The position numbers and the translations under genes are program-made. From positions 1 through 48,984 of the forward strand of contig JADFRC010000001.1 of NCBI GenBank assembly GCA_022561455.1: a stretch of 48,984 nt of DNA, written 5' to 3'. This document shows positions 36,816 to 44,160 of this stretch, in pieces. Positions within the stretch are counted from its first letter, which is position 1. Each line of letters opens with the position of its first letter. The notes under the pieces are model-generated. The model saw only the letters and a list, made by a program, of their open reading frames with translations. It did no database searches and was not told the DNA's origin. This DNA is from Chloroflexota bacterium. GTDB taxonomy: Bacteria > Chloroflexota > Dehalococcoidia > Lucifugimonadales > Australimonadaceae.

Positions 36816-37985
36816 ATGACTGACCACGTGGACACGGCAAGACGCTCGTCGCTGGTCTCGCCAACAGGGACCGGCGCCGCGGTGCGTATCGAGGGGTTGC
36901 TGAAGACCTTCGGCGCCGTCGCCGCGGTCGACCACATCGACCTGGACATCAAGGCGGGCGAATTCTTCACGCTGCTCGGCCCGAGCGGATGCGGGAAGAC
37001 GACGACGCTCCGCATGATAGGGGGCTTGGAGAGACCTGATGCAGGCAAGGTGACCGTGGGCGACGACGTGGTCGTCTCGGTCAGCGACCGGCGGTTCGTT
37101 CAGCCAGACAAGCGTGACATGGGCATGGTGTTTCAGAGCTATGCACTCTGGCCACACATGACGGTGTTCGAGAACGTGGCCTACCCGTTGAAGATGCGCG
37201 GCCTGAGGAAAGCGGATATCAGGGATCGTGTGGAGGAGACGCTCCGGCTGGTCGGCCTCGAGGGCTTCAGCAGCCGGCCGTCCCCACTGCTCAGCGGCGG
37301 ACAGCAGCAGCGCGTGGCTCTCGCGAGGGCTCTCGTGTACTCACCGCGGGTCCTGCTGCTCGACGAGCCCTTGAGCAACCTCGATGCCAAGCTGCGCGTC
37401 ACGATGCGCCAAGAGCTCAAGGACCTCCAGACCCGCGTCGACGTCACGATGATCTACGTCACCCACGACCAGACAGAGGCACTGAGCCTGTCGGACCGCA
37501 TCGCGATCATGAACTCGGGCCGCGTCGAGCAGGTCGGGACGCCGCAGCAGATCTACCTCCACCCAGCGACCGCCTTCGCCCAGGACTTCCTCGGCCAGAC
37601 CATCAGCATCGACGGCCGGGTCGACGGGCCGGGGGTGGTCAAGGTCGCGGGGGACGTGGAGAACCTGATCCACGTGGCGATGGACCCCGCCAAGATCGCC
37701 GTCGGAGACGAGGTAACGGTCGCCATCCGCCCCGAGCAGATGCTGACGCACGACACGATGCCGAGCGGGGCGGAGAGCCGGAACATCATCCGCCTGGTCG
37801 TCGAAGAAGCGACGTTCGTTGGTGACCACTACGAATACAAAGGGCAGGTCGGGGACGCGCTCGCCGTCATCCCGCTGCCCTCCAACAAGCGATACGCGGT
37901 CGGAGAAACCGTCTACTTGGAGTTCCCCGAGTCAGCCGCCGCGGTGTGGCCCAAGGGCGCCGAGGTCGCGGACCATATCGATTAG
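36816..37985 (+). CDS. ABC transporter ATP-binding protein (FbpC/PotA/MalK-like with a C-terminal TOBE-like domain)
   Basis: [26 protein letters not shown] and LLLDEPLSNLD. Confidence 0.92.
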   Translation: MTDHVDTARRSSLVSPTGTGAAVRIEGLLKTFGAVAAVDHIDLDIKAGEFFTLLGPSGCGKTTTLRMIGGLERPDAGKVTVGDDVVVSVSDRRFVQPDKRDMGMVFQSYALWPHMTVFENVAYPLKMRGLRKADIRDRVEETLRLVGLEGFSSRPSPLLSGGQQQRVALARALVYSPRVLLLDEPLSNLDAKLRVTMRQELKDLQTRVDVTMIYVTHDQTEALSLSDRIAIMNSGRVEQVGTPQQIYLHPATAFAQDFLGQTISIDGRVDGPGVVKVAGDVENLIHVAMDPAKIAVGDEVTVAIRPEQMLTHDTMPSGAESRNIIRLVVEEATFVGDHYEYKGQVGDALAVIPLPSNKRYAVGETVYLEFPESAAAVWPKGAEVADHID

Positions 37986-38102
37986 CCCCCGCGGGAGCTT
38001 GAGTCGCGACGGTCCCGTGGGCTCGGGTTAACGGCGCAGAGCCACTCTCCCGTCTTCACCACGGATACGGCACCGGCCGCTCGCTTCGCCTGCCGCTGGA
38101 TG

Positions 38103-39410
38103 CTAGAGAGCGCGCGCCGGGCCACGCTCGGTGCGCTCCGCCGCGGCCGCCGCTGCCGTTTCGCGCAGATCGGGCAGCTTCCGTAGATGCAGGTTCGGCG
38201 CCGCGAAGAACAGCGCGAAGACCACTACCATCGCGCCGCTTGCCGCCAGCGCGAATGGCGCCGAGACGGCCGCCGCGATGCTCGTCAGCTGGATCTCGCC
38301 CATCGGCCGCACGCTCGTGTGCACGATGCTCCAGATCCCCATCACGCGGCCCCTGAAATCGTTCGGGACCATCATCTGGAGGTTGGCTTGCACCGCGACG
38401 TTGAGAGCTGAGGCACCGGTACCCAGAACGAACAGCGTCCCCAGCGACAGGAGATACGCCGTCGACATCGCGAACAGCACCATGGACGCCCCGAGCGTCA
38501 CCGACCCCCCGACCAGCAGACGGTGCTGGAACCGAGGACTCGCTAACGTCGCGGCGACGACAACCCCCGCCACACTCCCGACGCCGACGGCGGTATGCAT
38601 CATGCCCAGCCAGAACGGGCCGACGTCCAAGATATCCTTCGCAACCACGGGGAAAAGGACGCCGAGAGAGATCCCGAAAAACATGTTGTAGTAGGCCACG
38701 CCGATCAGGTGGGCAAAGATGCGTTCGCGCCAGATGTACCTGGCCCCTTCCGCCATGTCGCTGAGCAGGGTGCCCCCGCGCGACCGCTTGACCGGCGGCA
38801 GGTGCACGCGCATCAGCATCATGGCGTAGACGGCAACGCCCCCGATGGTCAGCAGCAGCACGGTGCCGCCCGCGATCCGCGCTGAGTCGGTCACCGCCAA
38901 AACGCCGGCCAGGATCAGCCCGCCGAGCCCTGGAGCGAAGATCCGGGTCGCTGGATGGATCGACGAGTTCATCGCGACCGCGTTCGGCATCGCGGCCCGG
39001 TCGACGAGGTGCGGGAACATGGACTGGCGCGCGGGATTCTCGAACGAGCTGACCGCGGAATGGAGGAAGGAGACGACGAAGATGTGCCAGACCGCGAGGA
39101 CCTCGGTGAGCGCCAACGCCGCGAGTAGTCCCAGCAGCACGATGTAGATCCATTGGATCCCGATCAGCAGCTTGCGTTGATCGAACTTGTCCGCAATCAC
39201 GCCGCCGAGCAGCACGAGGACGGTCGCGGGTACCGCCTGAGCGAGCGCATTCACGCCCAGGTACACCTTCGAGCCGGAGATCTCGTAGATGAGCCAGGGC
39301 TCGACCATCCAGAGCATCTGCTGGCCGGAGATCGAGACGACGTAGCCTATCCAGTAGAGGCGGAAGTCCCGGTGCCGAAGGGAGCTGAAGCGTGCGAGCG
39401 TGGTGGGCAT
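38103..39410 (-). CDS. MFS transporter
   Basis: 435 aa with about 12 TM segments. RHRDFRLYWIGYVVS N-terminus and GGVIADKFDQRK loop. The same-strand 460-aa ORF 38056..39438 is the wrong frame. Confidence 0.85.
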   Translation of the reverse strand: MPTTLARFSSLRHRDFRLYWIGYVVSISGQQMLWMVEPWLIYEISGSKVYLGVNALAQAVPATVLVLLGGVIADKFDQRKLLIGIQWIYIVLLGLLAALALTEVLAVWHIFVVSFLHSAVSSFENPARQSMFPHLVDRAAMPNAVAMNSSIHPATRIFAPGLGGLILAGVLAVTDSARIAGGTVLLLTIGGVAVYAMMLMRVHLPPVKRSRGGTLLSDMAEGARYIWRERIFAHLIGVAYYNMFFGISLGVLFPVVAKDILDVGPFWLGMMHTAVGVGSVAGVVVAATLASPRFQHRLLVGGSVTLGASMVLFAMSTAYLLSLGTLFVLGTGASALNVAVQANLQMMVPNDFRGRVMGIWSIVHTSVRPMGEIQLTSIAAAVSAPFALAASGAMVVVFALFFAAPNLHLRKLPDLRETAAAAAAERTERGPARAL

Positions 39411-39552
39411 GTGGATGCAAGTCTAATCGACAGAGCAAGCCGTGCGGTGCCGCGCGCGGCCGAATCGGCCCTGGCGAGCTTGGATTGTTCGTTCGCGTCG
39501 TGACCGGACTGTCCGGACTGCGGACGGCCGCGGCCTTGAGGCTCGCGCGACG

Positions 39553-41169
39553 CTACTCCTCCCGGGCGCGGTTGTACCCGCCGTAGTAGTACTGCGAGTA
39601 GTACGCATACGTATCGGCGTCCCGGCGGAGTTTGTTGAGGACGACGTCCACGCGCGCTGCCTTCACCATGTCCAGCCCCTGCCTGGCGCGCTGGACCGCC
39701 GTATTGCGCAGCATGCCTGACCAGACAACCAGGATCACCCGGTCCACTGCATTCGCGACCACAAGCGCATCGCTCGAGTAGAGCACCGGCGGGCTGTCCA
39801 GGATGATGACGTCGGCCATCTCCTTCATCTCATCCAGCATCCGCCGCATGCGCCCGGAGCTCAGGATGGCAGTGGGCGTCGAGGTCGAGGTCCCCGCGAC
39901 CAGGACCCTGAGGCTCCCCGAGCGCGCATCTGAAGGCAGGGGGCAGTCCGTCAAGAAATCATCTAGCCGCGCGTCGTCTCGTGAGAGATATTCGTTCAGC
40001 CCCTCATCCTGTGGGAGCCCGAGCGCGCGGTGCAGGCTCGGCCGCCTCATGTCCGCATCGAGTGCGATGACTTTCTGACCGGCCATGGCGTGAGCCAGGG
40101 CCAGATTGGACACGACCGTCGTCTTGCCTTCTCCGATCTCGGCGCTGGTGACGAGGATCGTCTGCGGTTCCGGCCCGGGCCGGGAGAATTGCAGGTTCGC
40201 GCGTAAGAGGTGATAGGGCTCCAAGAGCGATGGGTCCTCGACCCTGCTTTTCACGCCGGCGGGACCCCCCCCCGGCTTGAGCAGGCTGTGGATCGGCAGC
40301 GCACCCATGACCGGAACGCCGAGGAGACGTCGCACCTGGTCCGGGTTCCTTACCTTGTTGGTGTCCAGATATTCCAGACCAAACGCCAGCCCGAGCCCGA
40401 TCATTGCGCCCAGGATCAAACCCAAGGCGGCGATCCTGCGCGGGTTGGGATAGATCGGCGAGCTCGGGGTCGAGGCACGCGCGCGCACCGTCAGCACGTC
40501 GGTGATCCGCGCCGTCCCCAGCCGCATCGCCTCAAGCTCCGTCAAGCCGACCGCGTATTGGCTTTCGAAGGAGCGCAGCTGCAGACCGAGCGATTGCGGG
40601 TCGCCTTCTCCCGCGGCGAGAGCCCCCCTGGTTTGTTCGATCTGCTGCAGCAGGCTGTTGGTGCGGACCTGGAGGATCGCCGCGGCCGTTGCCGCCCGCC
40701 GGTGCCACTCGAGCAGACTCTCCGCTCGCATCACGTCGGCCAGCTCGTTGGCGACGTCCGCGGCCAGCATGGGGTCTGTGTGTTCTACCGTGATACGCAG
40801 GAAGGCCGTGCTATTTATCGCAGCCAAGGTGATCTTGCCCAGACCCACTCCCGCGGGGAGGTCGAGGTTATCGGCCACCTGGTTGAGGATGGGGGGCGTC
40901 TTCATCAGCTCGATGAAGGTGGGCACCGCCTCCCGGCTCAAGAACAGCCCCGAGAAGGGGTCCATCTGCGCCGGCCGTATCGCCGCCGCGTTGACTTGGA
41001 GGATCGCTTCGGTGCGATAGCGCGGCGTCAGCGTGAACGTGAGAACGACAGCGCCGGCGAGGCCAAGGACAAGCGGAAGGACGATGATCCACCGCCGTTT
41101 CCACAGCATCTGGGCGTATTCGGCTAACGAGAGCCCCGTGTCTTCGGCGTCCGTCTGATAGTCCTGCAT
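39553..41169 (-). CDS. Polysaccharide co-polymerase (Wzz) fused to a BY-type tyrosine autokinase
   Basis: Start MQDYQTD at 41169. Wzz-like N-terminus with two TM segments, Walker A SAEIGEGKTT, A' VIALDADMRRP, B VIILDSPP, and C-terminal tyrosine cluster DTYAYYSQYYYGGY. Confidence 0.88.
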   Translation of the reverse strand: MQDYQTDAEDTGLSLAEYAQMLWKRRWIIVLPLVLGLAGAVVLTFTLTPRYRTEAILQVNAAAIRPAQMDPFSGLFLSREAVPTFIELMKTPPILNQVADNLDLPAGVGLGKITLAAINSTAFLRITVEHTDPMLAADVANELADVMRAESLLEWHRRAATAAAILQVRTNSLLQQIEQTRGALAAGEGDPQSLGLQLRSFESQYAVGLTELEAMRLGTARITDVLTVRARASTPSSPIYPNPRRIAALGLILGAMIGLGLAFGLEYLDTNKVRNPDQVRRLLGVPVMGALPIHSLLKPGGGPAGVKSRVEDPSLLEPYHLLRANLQFSRPGPEPQTILVTSAEIGEGKTTVVSNLALAHAMAGQKVIALDADMRRPSLHRALGLPQDEGLNEYLSRDDARLDDFLTDCPLPSDARSGSLRVLVAGTSTSTPTAILSSGRMRRMLDEMKEMADVIILDSPPVLYSSDALVVANAVDRVILVVWSGMLRNTAVQRARQGLDMVKAARVDVVLNKLRRDADTYAYYSQYYYGGYNRAREE

Positions 41170-41174
41170 GGCCG

Positions 41175-42200
41175 CTACGCTCGCCCTGCCAGCCAACGGG
41201 CCCCACGCACCGTGAAAGCCCACGCCTGGAGCGGCCGGGCCGGCGTGTTGCTCGACGGCGCCCGCCACTTGGCGGCCGCTTGGATCCGGCTCGGCCAGCG
41301 CATGCCGATCCCTTGGAGCACCCCGGCCGGATGGCGCAGGTAGCTTCCGAACCGCCGCGCATACCCCGGGTGGCCCGCTCCCCACGCTCGGAGCACGTCG
41401 GAGACCAGCCACTCGGGCAGCTCCACTGCCATCCGTCCCTCGCGTGGTACGTCGAGGCGCGCGCCCAGGAGTTCCTCAGCGACGCGGAGGACGCACATCA
41501 CCCAGCTCGAGTGGTGCTCCTTCCCGCTCAGGAAGTACTCCCAGTCGAACCCCGCCGGCAGGCGGTCCAGCGCCACCCCGACGTCGCATAGCCACGTCGG
41601 CCGCCAGAAGCCGTGGCGCAGCAGGTGCAGACACAGGAGGCGCAGATGGTCCTCGGGCCCCAGCATGCGTATCTCGACGTCTCCCAGGGCGGCGAGCTGA
41701 GAACGGCGGTAGAGCTCGTCCAGGGGGCGGTCGGCGAGCTCGCTGAACCGTGGGTGCAGGTCCACCCCGGCGCGCATCACGTTCGGCGTGGCCTTGGCCA
41801 CCGCAAAGGTCTCGGGGGGGACCAGCAGGTCGAGGTCGCCGTAGGGGCGCAGGCCCGGCTCCGGATAGAGCCGCGCGATGGCCCAGCCCTTCGCCAGCAG
41901 CGGCTCGATGCCGGCCGAGCGCAGCAGACCGACCGTGCGCGCGAGCTCGTGCTCGTGGACGGCAGCCTGGATGGTGTGCAGGCGGTAGGAGCGCCGCAGC
42001 CGTCTCCCGGCACGGGACGTGGCCAACGGGGAGTGCTGGAAGCGCCACCAGCCCAGCGCCCCCCCACCCGTCTCCAGGAGCAGCGGCGTGATCTCGCCCA
42101 GCTCCTCGGCCGACATGGCCATGGGCGGGGGCGGCTGGCGCCACGCTCCGGCAAGAGCCGTCGCCAACAGGCCGCCTTTCTTGCTCGTCGATCTGGTCAT
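41175..42200 (-). CDS. Uncharacterised nucleotidyltransferase family protein (NTP_transf_5 / PF14907-like)
   Basis: GIEPLLAKGWAIARLYPEPGLRPYGDLDLLVPPE is the block I associate with this family. The start is either ATG 42200 or GTG 42230; the latter overlaps the upstream gene by 8 nt. Confidence 0.7.
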   Translation of the reverse strand: MTRSTSKKGGLLATALAGAWRQPPPPMAMSAEELGEITPLLLETGGGALGWWRFQHSPLATSRAGRRLRRSYRLHTIQAAVHEHELARTVGLLRSAGIEPLLAKGWAIARLYPEPGLRPYGDLDLLVPPETFAVAKATPNVMRAGVDLHPRFSELADRPLDELYRRSQLAALGDVEIRMLGPEDHLRLLCLHLLRHGFWRPTWLCDVGVALDRLPAGFDWEYFLSGKEHHSSWVMCVLRVAEELLGARLDVPREGRMAVELPEWLVSDVLRAWGAGHPGYARRFGSYLRHPAGVLQGIGMRWPSRIQAAAKWRAPSSNTPARPLQAWAFTVRGARWLAGRA

Positions 42201-42222
42201 GATTCGCAACCGTGCAGACTCC

Positions 42223-42732
42223 CTAGACACACTCGGGTTCGCTGATGTTTCTGCATTTGCCCAAGCAGCAGATCTTCGTGCAGTTCGGGGGGCCGCATGG
42301 GAGAAAGTTGTTTATTCCCGCACAGCCGTTGGCGGCGACACACGTACCGGCCTGAGCGGCGGTCGGCGACACGATCGATATGACCGTGGGTAAGAGGACC
42401 GCCAGTCCGACCACCCCCGCCTTCACCAGGAACTTCCTCCGCGAGTAGCGAGCCGCGAGCAACGGCGGCGCGAGGCGCTCGACCAGGAGATGCGCCTTGT
42501 CGAGTCCCGCCAGCCCCAGCCGCACCACGTCCTCGTCCCGTGGCAGGCCGAGCTCGCTCTGGAGCACCGCTGCCATCTGGTCCGCATCCGTCTGACCGTC
42601 GCAATGACTCCAGATGAGTCCCGCGGCCGCGTTCAAGCAGTACGCCCGGTGCCGCTGGAGGTCGTACACCAAAGTTTCGTCCGCCACCCGCTTGATCACC
42701 AGGTGGTCGTTCCGCGCTCGCGGCAACGTCAT
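42223..42732 (-). CDS. PqqD-family (RRE-type) domain fused to a twin-arginine signal-anchor and a Cys-rich C-terminal tail
   Basis: Residues 8-95 have the PqqD pattern (VIKRVADETLVYDLQRHRAYCLNAAAGLIWSHCDGQTDADQMA...). Then YSRRKFLVKAGVVGLAVLLPTVISIVSPTAAQA (S-R-R-x-F-L-K Tat consensus, h-region, AxA). Then a 41-aa tail with 8 Cys. Confidence 0.75.
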   Translation of the reverse strand: MTLPRARNDHLVIKRVADETLVYDLQRHRAYCLNAAAGLIWSHCDGQTDADQMAAVLQSELGLPRDEDVVRLGLAGLDKAHLLVERLAPPLLAARYSRRKFLVKAGVVGLAVLLPTVISIVSPTAAQAGTCVAANGCAGINNFLPCGPPNCTKICCLGKCRNISEPECV

Positions 42733-42786
42733 CGCTGTGCACCAGTTCGTAAAGGCTCATATGCCTGCTCAGCCGCGAGAATCGGC

Positions 42787-43611
42787 TCAGCTCCCCACCG
42801 CCGCGAGTAACGGTCCGGCGGTTTCCACGGCTTCGCCCCGCGAGCCGCGGAGCACGCGCGTGCCCTCGACGATCCGGGCCAGCTTCGTGAGGACCTGCTC
42901 CGGCTTCCTGCGGGCAGCCACCGTGTTGGCCAGCAGGGAGAGGACCGCCTGCCCGGGGGACAACGGCCGTGGCCGCCACCGTGCGCCGGGCCGGTACGTA
43001 GCCACCGCGATAACGCCGACCGGCAGCGGTTTGAGCCCGCCAGGGGGCTTGGGCATGTCCACCCGCACCTTCTCGGGCGGCATGTCAGCCCCTTTCCTCA
43101 GGGAGAGAGGGACTCGGTAGGGGTGCACGAGACCGTGGTCGTCGAACACCGCGTATTCGTCGGAGAAGTACGTCGCCCCGGCCCGTACCAGCGCCTCGAC
43201 GAGCGTGCTCTTGCCCGAGTAGCTGCGTCCGGGTATCACGATCGCCCGGCCTTCCCAGGCCACCACCCCCGCATGGACGAACAGCTTGCGCCGCGACCAT
43301 TCCGCGACGTAGAGGCGCACGTCATCTTCGAGGCGGTCCAGCACCTCGTCTGGGTCCATGGACCTGGCGATCCGGGCTGCGCCTGCGTAGAGAAGGCTGT
43401 AGCGCCGCACGCCGGAGCGGCCCCCGTCGCCCCCGGCGATCAAGGAGTAGAGGCGGTCGACGACGTTGGACGAGGCCGGCCTCCACCCCGGAGGCAGGCG
43501 TTGCGGCAGCTCATCGAGTAGCTGCGGGTCGTTCATCCGGATGCCGATCCTCAGCCCGTGTGCCACGAAGCTCATGCCTGTCGCCCACCCGAGGCGATCG
43601 AGCGTCTCCAT
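42787..43611 (-). CDS. HprK-related P-loop kinase (HPr kinase C-terminal-domain-like)
   Basis: 274 aa. VHAGVVAWEGRAIVIPGRSYSGKSTLVEAL P-loop in the position and context typical of HprK-related kinase A/B families. Confidence 0.78.
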   Translation of the reverse strand: METLDRLGWATGMSFVAHGLRIGIRMNDPQLLDELPQRLPPGWRPASSNVVDRLYSLIAGGDGGRSGVRRYSLLYAGAARIARSMDPDEVLDRLEDDVRLYVAEWSRRKLFVHAGVVAWEGRAIVIPGRSYSGKSTLVEALVRAGATYFSDEYAVFDDHGLVHPYRVPLSLRKGADMPPEKVRVDMPKPPGGLKPLPVGVIAVATYRPGARWRPRPLSPGQAVLSLLANTVAARRKPEQVLTKLARIVEGTRVLRGSRGEAVETAGPLLAAVGS

Positions 43612-43707
43612 TCAGGTGGAGCCCCGTTTGAGACGAGGAAGCGCATCGGGGTCTCCCCGATGCATCGGGGAGCTCCGTGGCCCCTTCACGAAAAGGATCT
43701 CTTCCAT
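43612..43707 (-). CDS. Candidate 31-codon upstream ORF / leader or precursor peptide (speculative)
   Basis: ATG at 43707 preceded by GAGGA with 8-nt spacing. It encodes MEEILFVKGPRSSPMHRGDPDALPRLKRGST. Its TGA (43614-43612) abuts the kinase ATG (TGAATG). GC3 is lower than in neighbouring genes, so coding status is unproven. Confidence 0.25.
   Translation of the reverse strand: MEEILFVKGPRSSPMHRGDPDALPRLKRGST
43644..43672. promoter_or_regulatory. Three-segment inverted repeat (mutually exclusive hairpins or palindromic operator) upstream of the kinase gene
   Basis: CATCGGGG (43644-51), tct, CCCCGATG (43655-62), CATCGGGG (43663-70). 43653-43672 is a perfect 20-nt palindrome, CTCCCCGATGCATCGGGGAG. 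Confidence 0.45.
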
Positions 43708-44160
43708 CTGGATCGTCCTCACCCTTCTCCATCACGATACGGGAGCGCCTTGCGAAGCGCCATCGCTCGATAGGATGGCGGCGGAGTGATGATGGCTGTG
43801 CGAGGGTAGTCCGATAGAGGTACCCCGGCTGACGCGTGACCCATACCGACGAGCCGAGTAGCGGTGCGGCCGCAGGCAACGGGCGTGACGAAGCGTGTCT
43901 CCAGCAGAGCCCTCCCCCGGTCACGGCAACGACCGCCCTATACGCTTGACCTCATAGGCTGCGGGAATGCCCGTTTTCGTGTCAATGGAGTTCGCCACAC
44001 GTTTTTCAGGCGTTGCGAAGACGCTGCCTGAACGAGCACCGGTCCACCTCGGTGGCAGAGGGAACTACGGATGCGGCAGGTTCGCTCGCGCGGGGGTCGA
44101 GCGCGGTGGCTGCGGTGCTTAGCTCCGCGTGGGCCTTGCGGCCGCCGGCGCAGCCCGCCG

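Noticed and set aside
38056-39438. 460-aa minus-strand ORF overlapping the MFS gene on the same strand
   Set aside because: It is in a different frame from 38103..39410. Only the latter gives about 12 hydrophobic helices and MFS loop motifs.
43511-43924. 137-aa minus-strand ORF upstream of and overlapping the kinase gene
   Set aside because: It overlaps the kinase start out of frame and is Arg/Pro-rich with no motif. The shorter 31-codon uORF in another frame has the better RBS and stop/start geometry, though it is itself only tentative.
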